Shown here one piece after another: positions 1 to 10,042 of a stretch of DNA of 64,000 nucleotides. The position numbers and the translations under genes were made by a program. Numbering within the stretch: position 1 is the stretch's first letter; the number at the start of each line of letters is the position of its first letter. The notes below the pieces were generated by a model. The model did not search any database. It worked only from the letters and a program-made list of their open reading frames with translations, and was not told the origin of the DNA. The stretch covers positions 3,085 to 67,084 of the forward strand of contig QCPT01000003.1 in the NCBI GenBank assembly GCA_003212415.1, written 5' to 3'. Source of the stretch: Pelagibacteraceae bacterium AG-439-F23. Lineage in GTDB: Bacteria; Pseudomonadota; Alphaproteobacteria; Pelagibacterales; Pelagibacteraceae.

Positions 1-1161
1 AATATTTTTTACTGCGGTTACAAACTTGTAGTATCCAAATACATCTAGTTTTCTAAATGCTAAACCGATCACTGTTGAAAAATAAGATCTATTTTCATAC
101 TTAACTGTCTGTTCAAGTTGAGCGGGCACCTTTATTTCTTTAATTGGATCAAATAAATTAAAACCAGTATTTGATAAATTTTTTCTGAAACTACCAAGAT
201 AAGTCTCTACATTTTCTAAATTGGAAACTACTCTTAAATTTCTGATACGTTTTTCATACTTCGTTTCAAAATCTTGGACTGCTTGTTTTACTTGGGTAAT
301 ATATCTTCTTACTAGAGCATCCATCTCTTCTTGGTTATCTGATTTTTGAAGAGTTGATCTGTCTTGTGATCTTATAAAAATATCTGTTATGATTGGGTTA
401 TTCTCATATAATATCATCACATAATTTTCATCTAATCCAAATTCTAAAACTGCAGTTAGGTTGCTATCTTCTATAGAGCCAGATAACTGGTTCATTTGAT
501 CGACTGCAGACTTTAAGGCAAAACATTTAACATCAATAATTACTGCGTTTAACCCACCTTTTTTGATAATAGATGTATAGCCATTAATGTCTGAAAGTTT
601 TGAAGCAACAAAAAGGATATCCATTGTATTTCCTGTTTTGTCTCTATTAATCACTTGGTGAAAAATAGAATAATCATTTAGGTTGTCAGTTAATTGTACT
701 AAATTTTCCCAAAGAGAATCTGTATCTATTGCTTTTTTAAGTTCTTCATCTGACATTAAAGGCGCAGTAACAACTCTTATAATTGCACTCGTAACAGGAA
801 TTGCTATTGCAGCATTTGATGTAGTTACTTTTGATTTTTGTAAAGCTACTTGAAGTTCTTCTCCAATTTTGTCAGGGTTTTCTAATACTGTTCCATTTTC
901 AGGCATTCCTTGAATAGGATGAACAAAAAATTTGTCTAACACCCATTGGTTCGACTTATTACTTGATAGCTGAGCTAATCTAATTTCCGTTGGTGTTAAT
1001 TCAACACCAACAATCTCTTCCCCTTTTACTGCAGACTTACCTATTCTATTTTTTAAAAATTTATCAAAAAAACCTGATTTTTTTTTCTTTTCACTATCTC
1101 CGACTTCAGGCTTTGCATTGACACTTTTTTTTTTAAATAAGTTTGCAAATGGGTTTTTCAT
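1..1161 (-). CDS. pilM: Type IV pilus assembly protein PilM (3' end runs off the window)
   Basis: Not in the ORF track. Manual translation from ATG at 1161 gives MKNPFANLFKKK...EIVGVELTPTEIRLAQL...NAAIAIPVTSAIIRVVTAPLMSDEEL...MDILFVASK...GLNAVIIDVKCFAL, matching PilM actin-like ATPase motifs. Divergent from pilT. Confidence 0.85.
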   Translation of the reverse strand, partial: MKNPFANLFKKKSVNAKPEVGDSEKKKKSGFFDKFLKNRIGKSAVKGEEIVGVELTPTEIRLAQLSSNKSNQWVLDKFFVHPIQGMPENGTVLENPDKIGEELQVALQKSKVTTSNAAIAIPVTSAIIRVVTAPLMSDEELKKAIDTDSLWENLVQLTDNLNDYSIFHQVINRDKTGNTMDILFVASKLSDINGYTSIIKKGGLNAVIIDVKCFALKSAVDQMNQLSGSIEDSNLTAVLEFGLDENYVMILYENNPIITDIFIRSQDRSTLQKSDNQEEMDALVRRYITQVKQAVQDFETKYEKRIRNLRVVSNLENVETYLGSFRKNLSNTGFNLFDPIKEIKVPAQLEQTVKYENRSYFSTVIGLAFRKLDVFGYYKFVTAVKNI

Positions 1162-1290
1162 AAAAATAATTTAATAAAATAACACTATATACTCAACTTT
1201 TACTAGAAATAAATATTCTGCTGTCTATATTGGGTGTTTTTAAAATAATTATTGGGCTAAATCTATTAATATATAGTATCAATACAATTA

Positions 1291-2307
1291 ATGTTCGAAA
1301 AATTAGAAGAATTAGCGAAAAATAATAAAAAAATATCCGACTTTCATATAAGGGCTGGTTCGCCATTAGCTTATAGACAAACAGGCGAAATTATAAAAGT
1401 ACAAGAGGTAAGTGTTACCGCTCAAGATCTTAAAGACTTACTATCAATGAATTGCAATGAAGTTGAGCTTGAACGTTTTGAAACAACACATGAACTAGAT
1501 ACTGCGGTTACTTTAAGTGGCTTAAGATTTAGAGCAAATTTTTATAAAACTATAAATGGACCTGCCTGTGTTTGCAGAAGAGTTGAGAGTAAAATTCCTG
1601 ATATGGATCAATTTAGTTTACCACAATCACTTTATGACATTGTTGATTTTCATAAAGGTTTGGTTTTGGTAACAGGTCCAACTGGTTCAGGTAAATCAAC
1701 AACACTTGCTGCAATTGTAAATGAAATAAATAAAACGAGAACTTCTAATATCATTACCGTTGAAGACCCGGTAGAATTTATTCATAAAGATAATAAAAGT
1801 ATAATTTCACATAGGGAAGTTGGAAAACAAACACAATCTTTTGCGGCAGCTTTAAAAGCAGCTCTTAGGGAAGATCCAGATGTAATTCTAGTAGGAGAAA
1901 TGAGAGATCTTGAAACAATTAGTTTAGCATTAACGGCTGCTGAAACTGGTCACTTAGTTTTTGGTACATTGCATACTAGTGGAGCGCCAAGCACAATTAA
2001 TAGAATTATTGATGTATTCCCACCTGAACAACAAGAACAAATTCGTGCACAAATATCTACATCATTAAAAATGGTTGTTACTCAAAGATTGCTAAAAACT
2101 AGAGATGGCGCAGGCCGTGTAGGTGCTTTCGAAATTATGAAATGTACTGCACCTATTCAAAACTTAATTCGAGAAGCAAAAATTCACCAAATTCCAAGCA
2201 TTATGCAAACAGCAGTTAGAGATGGAATGATTACTATGGATAAATCTCTAGAAGAATTGGTGAAGTCAGGAAAAATTGATCCAGGTGCAGCAAGATCGGA
2301 ACATTAG
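1291..2307 (+). CDS. pilT: Type IV pilus retraction ATPase PilT
   Basis: SDFHI, Walker A GPTGSGKS, EDPVEF, ALREDPDVILVGEMRD, TGHLVFGTLH, AIRNLIRE-like PIQNLIRE, GMITMD. Confidence 0.95.
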   Translation: MFEKLEELAKNNKKISDFHIRAGSPLAYRQTGEIIKVQEVSVTAQDLKDLLSMNCNEVELERFETTHELDTAVTLSGLRFRANFYKTINGPACVCRRVESKIPDMDQFSLPQSLYDIVDFHKGLVLVTGPTGSGKSTTLAAIVNEINKTRTSNIITVEDPVEFIHKDNKSIISHREVGKQTQSFAAALKAALREDPDVILVGEMRDLETISLALTAAETGHLVFGTLHTSGAPSTINRIIDVFPPEQQEQIRAQISTSLKMVVTQRLLKTRDGAGRVGAFEIMKCTAPIQNLIREAKIHQIPSIMQTAVRDGMITMDKSLEELVKSGKIDPGAARSEH

Positions 2308-3013
2308 AGGTTTTACTCTTTTAGAATTGCTAGTAGTTATATCTATTGTTGCAATAGTTTCGGCCATGGCGTATCCGAATTTTTCTTCATGGAAAAAAGA
2401 GAGAGAAATAAGATCTGCAACAGAAAAAGTTGCAAACATGATTGCAAATATTGCAACTCAAACTCAAAGAGGAACTTTTGCTTACTCACAATTATGGGTA
2501 TTACCTGTTAAAGGTCAAAGCACAGTTTTTTTTACAAAAGGAATGAAGGACACCACATTTTCAGAAATATTAAACGATCCTAAGAAAAAACCAGAATGTA
2601 AACAAACTCAAAGTGGACACTGGGATACAATAAATAATCAATCAATAAATTTATTAGGAACTACTTTTTCAGATTATTTTGAGGTCTATAATCCAGAAGC
2701 AGAATTTGCTTTAGATAAAACAGAGTTACGTACTCAAATAGCGTTAGGTGCTACACTTTGTTTTGGAAAAAGTGGTAATTATTATAAAGTTACAGGAGAT
2801 CTTTCAAAACTTTCAAATACAAATATAACTCTTGAAGGTGCTCCTACACCTAATTACATAATTATCTGCGCTTATGATTCCAAAAAAAATAATTCTGTAT
2901 GTGGAAGAAATGCTGCTGGAGGTCTTGAAAAACCTGCTTATTTGGTAAAATGGTCCAGGTTTGGTAACGTAAGTAAATACAAATGGAGTGGTAGTGATTG
3001 GAATAGACAGTAA
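2276..3013 (+). CDS. FimT/FimU-like minor pilin
   Basis: Class III signal RG|FTLLELLVVISIVAIVSAMAYP; first gene of the minor pilin run. Confidence 0.85.
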   Translation: MIQVQQDRNIRGFTLLELLVVISIVAIVSAMAYPNFSSWKKEREIRSATEKVANMIANIATQTQRGTFAYSQLWVLPVKGQSTVFFTKGMKDTTFSEILNDPKKKPECKQTQSGHWDTINNQSINLLGTTFSDYFEVYNPEAEFALDKTELRTQIALGATLCFGKSGNYYKVTGDLSKLSNTNITLEGAPTPNYIIICAYDSKKNNSVCGRNAAGGLEKPAYLVKWSRFGNVSKYKWSGSDWNRQ

Positions 3014-3593
3014 GAGAATTAAAGAAAAAGGTTTAACCCTACTGGAAGCTTTAGTTTCAACTGCAATAGTTGGAATAGGATTTGTAGCTGTATTTCAAAT
3101 GGTTAACTACTCCGTGCAATCAATCGATGTTTCAGGCGAAAGAACAAAAACGAACTACCTAGTATCATTGGTAGCTGAAGATTTAATTGGAGATAGATTT
3201 ACCAAAAAAGGAAAAAAAAATGTATATGAATATTTGGCAGATGAAACAAAATCAAAAACTCATGCTTTAAAAATTGACTGCACAAAAAAAACAGGAAATC
3301 CCTATAAAGCTACTGATATTGCAATAGATAATAAGTTAGAAAAATGGGCACATAGACTTGCTCCAAAAGAAAAAGATAAATCTTCTGGAAGAGTTAAATG
3401 TCGAGGAACAAAGGACATTAAACAATTAACAGTTTATGAGATTTGTAAAGACAATGTCAAGGTTGATGGAAAAAATAGAACTAACTGTCATTATCATAAT
3501 GAAGATGTTTTTGACAGAATCTACGTTGGTCGTATGGAAGTAAATTTAAATAACGGAACTAAGAAAAAATTTATCTATTTTCAAATTCATTAA
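2988..3593 (+). CDS. PilV-like minor pilin (exact start uncertain)
   Basis: KG|LTLLEALVS prepilin motif with E5; second position in the fimU-V-W-X-Y1 order. Confidence 0.8.
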   Translation: MVVIGIDSKRIKEKGLTLLEALVSTAIVGIGFVAVFQMVNYSVQSIDVSGERTKTNYLVSLVAEDLIGDRFTKKGKKNVYEYLADETKSKTHALKIDCTKKTGNPYKATDIAIDNKLEKWAHRLAPKEKDKSSGRVKCRGTKDIKQLTVYEICKDNVKVDGKNRTNCHYHNEDVFDRIYVGRMEVNLNNGTKKKFIYFQIH

Positions 3594-4384
3594 TGAAAAA
3601 AAAAATTACATCAATATCTGGCGTTACTTTAATAGAAATTTTAATTGGAGTAGTAATTTCAGTTATAATGATGGCTGCTATGTTTACCTCTTATCAGGCG
3701 GTTAATAATACTTACTCACAAGTAATTGATAGAGCAAAGATAAGTCAAACAGGAAGAGATATAATTGGAATGTTGGTAAGAGATATACGTATGGCAGGGT
3801 TTAAATATTTTGACGATACTAGTAAATCTCCTTCTAACTATGTTCCAATATTAATAACCAAAAGCTCTGGGAGTGGATGTGATAAACTAGAACTTACCTA
3901 TGGTGATAGAATATATGATGCAAACAAAACCCCTTCTATTACTTTTGTTACCTACAAAATTACATATGAGTGCAAAGCTTCAAAAATTATTGACAAAAAA
4001 ACTAAAATGGCAATTAATGCTTTTGGTATTTATAAATCGAAAAGCAAATGGGATGGATCTCAATGGGTGGCACCATCTAGTTCTACAGACGATTTAATTT
4101 ATAAAGATGAATTAATTGTAGATCATGTTCAAGATTTAATATTCATTCCTATTGATGAAAAAGGTAAAATAATTTCACCCCCACCAAAAACACTAAATGA
4201 CAGTAATAAAATAAAAATTGTAGATATTGCTTTTACTACAAGATCACAAAGAGAATTTTTTAGAAAAGCAAAAAAAAGAGATCTACGTTCTTTAGGTGTT
4301 AAGAGTAGCAAGGGTTATGCTGACAAATTTTTAAGAGATTCAATTGTGGTGTCTGCACATACCAGAAATATGGGTTTACAATGA
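3593..4384 (+). CDS. PilW-like minor pilin
   Basis: SG|VTLIEILIG prepilin motif, RDIRMAGF motif and C-terminal RN typical of PilW. Confidence 0.85.
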   Translation: MKKKITSISGVTLIEILIGVVISVIMMAAMFTSYQAVNNTYSQVIDRAKISQTGRDIIGMLVRDIRMAGFKYFDDTSKSPSNYVPILITKSSGSGCDKLELTYGDRIYDANKTPSITFVTYKITYECKASKIIDKKTKMAINAFGIYKSKSKWDGSQWVAPSSSTDDLIYKDELIVDHVQDLIFIPIDEKGKIISPPPKTLNDSNKIKIVDIAFTTRSQREFFRKAKKRDLRSLGVKSSKGYADKFLRDSIVVSAHTRNMGLQ

Positions 4385-5157
4385 TGCGCTATTCAGAAAA
4401 AGGTTTTGCAATGGTTTTATCTCTGGTGCTTTTGCTTGCAATGTCATTAATGGGCGGTGCTTTAATACTTATCGCTTCAGGAGACCATCAAAGCAATAAT
4501 GCAAGTGATCAATATCAACAGACCTTTTATGTTGCAGAAACTGCATTATTGGAAGGCGAAAGATACTTATTGAATCAAAAAGCAGGTCCCTGGAACAGCA
4601 AAACTAATTCAAGAGATGTAACTAAAAGAAACTTGCCTGAAAAACACACTTCATTATTCAAGACAAAAACAGGGAAAGGCGGAGGAGGAACAGGAGGTTC
4701 AACAACACCTGTAAACTATACCAATGGAGCAAAATACAAATATCATATTAATAAAAATACAAGTAGGAACAAAAAATTTATAGATACATCCAATACTTGT
4801 TTTAATAGTTTTCCAGAGATTGATAGAGATAAATTTTATATTATTAAAGATGCCAGCAACAATATGGTTGCAAAAAGTTATAATTTTGGAGTTTTGATTG
4901 AAAAAAGTTTTTCTAAAAAAAGTCCATCAGGAGATGAAAAAATGGAAGCATCTAGACTTAAAGAATATTATTACGATTACTTTATAGAAAGAATTGGAGC
5001 TGCAAGTCTTAAAGGTTTTGGATCTAGTATAAAAAAATCTGCCAGTGATAGTTCTACAAGTGGTTTAGCTTATAGAATTTATGGATGCGGCATATATGCT
5101 GGTAAAGATCGAATGATTGTATCTTTAGAAAGTGTTGTAGTTTTGCCAAAAAATTAA
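4381..5157 (+). CDS. PilX-like minor pilin
   Basis: KG|FAMVLSLVLL lacking E5 (PilX/GspK trait) and FYVAETAL motif. Confidence 0.85.
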   Translation: MMRYSEKGFAMVLSLVLLLAMSLMGGALILIASGDHQSNNASDQYQQTFYVAETALLEGERYLLNQKAGPWNSKTNSRDVTKRNLPEKHTSLFKTKTGKGGGGTGGSTTPVNYTNGAKYKYHINKNTSRNKKFIDTSNTCFNSFPEIDRDKFYIIKDASNNMVAKSYNFGVLIEKSFSKKSPSGDEKMEASRLKEYYYDYFIERIGAASLKGFGSSIKKSASDSSTSGLAYRIYGCGIYAGKDRMIVSLESVVVLPKN

Positions 5158-5163
5158 TAGTTT

Positions 5164-5718
5164 ATGAAAAATATGAAAAAAATTAATCAGTTCTTTTTAA
5201 TATTATTTTTTGCTCTAATGAGTTTTAATGTTCAAGCAGCTTGTAAACTTGCTTTAGAGTTTGGAAAAGATATTTCAATGTTAGAAGAAAAATATGGCCC
5301 AGGTATGCCAATGCAATTTCCTGAGATAAATATGATACCTATTCTTGCAGATGATCTTTGTCCAAATGAAAAATTAACAGATGTTGTTATTGAACATAGA
5401 TTTTTAAATGGCAAATTAGCTGCGGTTAATTTTGTTGCTTTAAATGATCAAAATAATTCTGTTTCAGAAAAATTAACTTTAATGAAATATGTAAAAAAAG
5501 TTTATGGAAACTTTGATACTGGACAAAATATAAAAGCCTATAGAGGATTTAAAGTTTTTGAAAAAGGAAAGTATTTTGTAGTTTACCAAAAAACAACTGG
5601 TGAAGAAAATATTATCAACGAGGAAATTTACGTTTCCACTGATCTATATGATAAAATGCTTGCAAAATTCTATAACGATAAGGAAGTAGAACAATCTAAA
5701 GACATGGAAAATAATTAA
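5164..5718 (+). CDS. Hypothetical secreted protein in the pilin operon
   Basis: 184 aa, Sec-type signal ending VQA|A; stop overlaps the pilY1 start (TAATG). Confidence 0.75.
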   Translation: MKNMKKINQFFLILFFALMSFNVQAACKLALEFGKDISMLEEKYGPGMPMQFPEINMIPILADDLCPNEKLTDVVIEHRFLNGKLAAVNFVALNDQNNSVSEKLTLMKYVKKVYGNFDTGQNIKAYRGFKVFEKGKYFVVYQKTTGEENIINEEIYVSTDLYDKMLAKFYNDKEVEQSKDMENN

Positions 5719-8700
5719 TGAAAATTAAATCTTTAATTTTAACTTTATTAGTATTTGTTTTTTTACAAACAAATAATTCTGAAGCTAAAATACTTCCTCC
5801 TGGAACGGGTACACAAGCAGACGTTCCTTCTAATCTTTTAATTTTACTTGATGCTTCTGGAAGTATGGGTTGGAGAATGAGCAGTGCTCAGTCAGTTAAT
5901 TATCCTATGCAAACTGCAACTGATAGTTCTGGAGATCTTTATGTTGCACAATATTATAATTATGGTGTTAAAAAATTTACTTATGCTGACAAAAAAATAG
6001 ATACTACCTGGGGAAATAATGGTACTCATAAAAATCATAGATCCACTAGATCGAATGGATGTAGAGTTTATTATTCTTATGGTAGTGCTAAGATTCATAA
6101 CGGAGTTCTCTATGTTAACAGCTATTATGATAGAAAAATCAGAAAAATAAGAGTTTCAGATGGCAAGTGTTTAGGTTCTATTAATGTGAATCAATATATA
6201 CGTGGTATGGATATTCATAACGGTCATTTATATGGGACTTATTATGGCGGAGTATATACGGTTAACTTATCAAACAATGCTTCTAGAACATGTAGTATAA
6301 ATCATAATGGTGTAAGATACTCTTTAGCAATTGCTGGTAGTGGAAATTATCTATACTCATATTATGGTAATCGTATCTATAGATGGGATTTAGTCACAAC
6401 CGGAAATAACATTTGTCCTGTACACTCTAATTGGAAAAGTTCATATCGTAATTTAGGATCTTCATATGGGATGACAGCTCACCCTAGTAATGCAGGTGAA
6501 TTATATATATTAAGCTATTCACATTCTAAACTTTACAAGATCACAGTAGCTTCAAGCGGAAGCTCACATACCTTAAATTGGACAAAAGGTACTAGAAGAT
6601 ATAACGGAACATCATCTGCTTCTGCTCTATATTTTTATTACCCTTTAGGATTACATTACGATGATGATAACGATAGACTGATCGTTTCTGGATACAACAG
6701 TAGAACAGTAGAAATTTTAGACAATGGTGGTACTTGGATAAAAACAATTGGTGGCGCTGCAACAACAAGAATGAAAGCAGCACAAAATGCTATTAAAGCA
6801 ATTGTTACTGACTCTAATTTAACCTCTGGTGTTAATATTGGTTTTGGAATGTGGTCTAGCGGATCTGCTGGTTTTTCTAGTTGGAGTGGTAATATAACAA
6901 CAGGAACAGCAAAACCTTGTAGTCGTTATAATTGTTTAAAAGTAAGAGTTCATAAAGATGGTGCTGCAAGAATAAATCAAATTATTTCATCTGTTTCGGC
7001 TGTAGGTGGAACTGATGCAGACGCATTTATGAAAATTGCTCAACAATATTATAACCATGGAACATATACTCCAGTGGATAAAAATTCACCTTGTCAAAAA
7101 AGTTATGTTATCGTTATTGGTGATGGAGACTGGTACAATCATAATCGAGCGGAAACAAAAGCTAAAAGTTTATACAAACAAGGCATTCCAACCTTTGCAG
7201 TTGCATTTGGAACTGGAATAAGTTCTAGTGGTTTAAGAAATTTTAATAGATTGGCTGCTGCAGGTGGAACAACAAAAGCAATTATTGCAACAACAGCGGA
7301 ATCTTTAAAAACTCAATTGCAGGCTGCTATTTCTCAAATAATTGCATCAAAACTTTCTTTCACAGCTCCAGCTATTACAGCAACATTGAATTCGGCAGGA
7401 TCATTATATCAAGCACAATTTGATTACGCTCAAAATAAAGAATGGACAGGAACAATTAAACGAACAGCAATTAATTCTAAAGGTATACTGGATACAAAAG
7501 ATAAAGGTAATTGGTCAGCACTTGAAAAATTACCAAAACCTCAATTTAGAAAAATATGGAGCGCAATACCTGGAACAGATTACGAAAATTCTAAATACAA
7601 TAATTTTGTTGAAGCAAATTCAACAGAAATAGATAATGTATTTACTTTAATGAAACATGAAATTCTAGATTATCATAGAACTTCGAATAATTCAGACGGA
7701 TCCACAAATAACAAGAGATGTGCAAGTTCATCGGGTGTTGCTGATGGAACGACAGATGATTTAAAAGGTCTAATCAACTTTATTAGAGGGACAGACTATT
7801 TTGATTATGATGCCGATTGTAATTTAACAGAGACAAGAACAAAACCAATGGGAGATGTTTATCATTCCCAATTAGTTGTCGTTGGAAAACCGTCAGCTGA
7901 AACTGCCTATAAAAGCACTAACGAAGAGTCTTATTGGAGGTCAATTAATGGCTATGACTCATGGGCGGAATCTCTAAGATCAAGAAAAGAAATTCTTTAT
8001 GTTGGTTCTAATAGTGGAGTTCTTCACGCGCTTGATGCAAAATCAGGTGTAGAACTTTGGGGTTTTGTACCTCCATTTATTGCATCACAACTACCAAAAA
8101 TAATGAATACAAATTTAAATCAAATTTCCCCAGCTAAAAAAGGAGGGAGTAATGCAATATACGGTGTAGACGGTTCACCTGTCCAACATGATATTTATTT
8201 TAAAAGTCCACATGATTCTTCTGCAGCTTGGCACTCAGTATTATTTGTGCCTTATGGAAGAGGAGGAAGTGGTTTTTCTGTTTTAGATGTTACTGATCCA
8301 GATAAACCTCAACATTTAGTTTCAATCTATAACGATATAATTCAAAATAGAGTTTATCGAATGGATTATAATGAAGATATTTATACCTATGATTATATTG
8401 GAACTTCTTATGCTTTATCCGAACTAAAAGAAGCAAAAAAAGCAGGAGACAATTATAATGCTGATAACAATGTTTCAAAAACTTGTAATGATAGTGGAAC
8501 TACTGCTTGCTATAAAAGCAAATCATGGACTCTAGAAGTACAAAATTTAGCTATAAAAGATATTGAAGTTTTAGAAGATGGAACTGATATAACTGGATCA
8601 GTAACCATTTCATACGACTCAAATAATGACACTGTTATTAAATTTGGTAAAGAAATGGAATTTGATGCTGATGAGACGGTAGGTAAAACAAAAAATAACT

Positions 8701-9845
8701 CTCCAATAGGTATCAATATTAAACAAGGAGCTGTAGGTACTGGAGTTCTAACTGATCCTGAATGGGATTATAGTGGTCTAGGAGAAACTTGGTCTGACCC
8801 TAGAATGTTCAGATTGCCAAACAAAGGAGCTGGAGATAACGATAGATCAGATGATATTAACGTTGCGGTAATGGGTGGTGGTTTTGCAACTCAATTCTCT
8901 GGGGCAGGTAGTAGCTTATTTGTAATTAATTTACAAGATACTGATGATTTTGGAAAAGTAGAAAAAGTAATAAACATTGAAGACACAAGCGCAAGCGATA
9001 TTACAAATGCAGTTCCAGCTTCAGTTTCATTAATCACTTCTGATTTAGCTCGAGGAGCAAATTATGCAGGGGGTCTTGTTTATACTAGTGACCTTGAAGG
9101 AAAAATTACTAAAGTCAATTTAACAAACATGTCTTCGGGTCCTTCTGGTATAATTAAAATGTATGACAGCACTACATTATTCAATGCAGGTTCTACAAAA
9201 ACAAATGGTAGATATATGTATTATGCAATGGATGTTGCTATTGGAAAAACAACAAATACTTTGTGGCTATATTCTGCAACAGGAGATTCGCAAAGACTAA
9301 ATGATAGAAGTAAAGGTATAGATAATTTATTAATTGGAATAAAAGATCCAGATTATCCATATTATGCAAGTGTAGCAACTCCACAAAAAGCAGACGATAT
9401 TACTGACTGTAAAGATACCTCTAATGATAGAACGGGAGCCAAATGTCCGGAAAATAAAGATAGAGGTTGGTATATAAAATTAAAAGACTACTCAAAAGCA
9501 AGCTCTGAACCAACCGTTAACAATGGAGTGGTTTATTTCCCAATTTATAGGCCTTCAAAATCTGCTAACAAATGCGATCTTGGAGATGCATTTATTTGTG
9601 CTGCTGATGATGAGTGCGGAACTCACACAGACTACTTAGGCTTAGAGAGCTCAAGATCTGAGCAAAAAGGAAGCGTTTGTAGATTTGTTGGTAAAGGAGT
9701 TTTATCTAAAATTGTTATATTTGCCGGAAAACTATTTGCGAACATTTCTGGAAAATCATTAGGAAAAGTAACTGACCTTGTAACTGTTGACGCTGCTACT
9801 GGTGATGTATCAACTTATAGAACTTCTTGGCGAGAAAATTTCTAA
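5718..9845 (+). CDS. pilY1: PilY1/PilC-like pilus tip adhesin with vWA domain
   Basis: Signal peptide; MIDAS DASGS...GGT...GDG; PilY1 motifs MGDVYHS, YVGSNSGVLHALDA, ELWGFVP, YGVDGSP, LGETWSDP, GWYIKL. Confidence 0.9.
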   Translation: MKIKSLILTLLVFVFLQTNNSEAKILPPGTGTQADVPSNLLILLDASGSMGWRMSSAQSVNYPMQTATDSSGDLYVAQYYNYGVKKFTYADKKIDTTWGNNGTHKNHRSTRSNGCRVYYSYGSAKIHNGVLYVNSYYDRKIRKIRVSDGKCLGSINVNQYIRGMDIHNGHLYGTYYGGVYTVNLSNNASRTCSINHNGVRYSLAIAGSGNYLYSYYGNRIYRWDLVTTGNNICPVHSNWKSSYRNLGSSYGMTAHPSNAGELYILSYSHSKLYKITVASSGSSHTLNWTKGTRRYNGTSSASALYFYYPLGLHYDDDNDRLIVSGYNSRTVEILDNGGTWIKTIGGAATTRMKAAQNAIKAIVTDSNLTSGVNIGFGMWSSGSAGFSSWSGNITTGTAKPCSRYNCLKVRVHKDGAARINQIISSVSAVGGTDADAFMKIAQQYYNHGTYTPVDKNSPCQKSYVIVIGDGDWYNHNRAETKAKSLYKQGIPTFAVAFGTGISSSGLRNFNRLAAAGGTTKAIIATTAESLKTQLQAAISQIIASKLSFTAPAITATLNSAGSLYQAQFDYAQNKEWTGTIKRTAINSKGILDTKDKGNWSALEKLPKPQFRKIWSAIPGTDYENSKYNNFVEANSTEIDNVFTLMKHEILDYHRTSNNSDGSTNNKRCASSSGVADGTTDDLKGLINFIRGTDYFDYDADCNLTETRTKPMGDVYHSQLVVVGKPSAETAYKSTNEESYWRSINGYDSWAESLRSRKEILYVGSNSGVLHALDAKSGVELWGFVPPFIASQLPKIMNTNLNQISPAKKGGSNAIYGVDGSPVQHDIYFKSPHDSSAAWHSVLFVPYGRGGSGFSVLDVTDPDKPQHLVSIYNDIIQNRVYRMDYNEDIYTYDYIGTSYALSELKEAKKAGDNYNADNNVSKTCNDSGTTACYKSKSWTLEVQNLAIKDIEVLEDGTDITGSVTISYDSNNDTVIKFGKEMEFDADETVGKTKNNSPIGINIKQGAVGTGVLTDPEWDYSGLGETWSDPRMFRLPNKGAGDNDRSDDINVAVMGGGFATQFSGAGSSLFVINLQDTDDFGKVEKVINIEDTSASDITNAVPASVSLITSDLARGANYAGGLVYTSDLEGKITKVNLTNMSSGPSGIIKMYDSTTLFNAGSTKTNGRYMYYAMDVAIGKTTNTLWLYSATGDSQRLNDRSKGIDNLLIGIKDPDYPYYASVATPQKADDITDCKDTSNDRTGAKCPENKDRGWYIKLKDYSKASSEPTVNNGVVYFPIYRPSKSANKCDLGDAFICAADDECGTHTDYLGLESSRSEQKGSVCRFVGKGVLSKIVIFAGKLFANISGKSLGKVTDLVTVDAATGDVSTYRTSWRENF

Positions 9846-10042
9846 AATAATTTAAAATAAAAATAAAATACCCACAAAAAACCAGTTGTCATAGTCAAAA
9901 GTATTAAAGCAAGTCCAACCGTAGTATCTTGATCAACTTTCTTTCTCCATTTTATTGGAAAAAAACTTAATGAATATGCATAAACAATTAAAAAAATATT
10001 TAGTGCAGTAAAAATAATATTTATGAATAAAAATTTTTCCAT
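9842..10042 (-). CDS. Small two-TM membrane protein
   Basis: 66 aa with two hydrophobic segments; start overlaps the autotransporter stop. Confidence 0.65.
   Translation of the reverse strand: MEKFLFINIIFTALNIFLIVYAYSLSFFPIKWRKKVDQDTTVGLALILLTMTTGFLWVFYFYFKLF

Noticed and set aside
1162-1290. CtrA box (TTAA-N7-TTAA) in the pilM-pilT divergent spacer
   Set aside because: Only half-sites, which are expected by chance in very AT-rich DNA.
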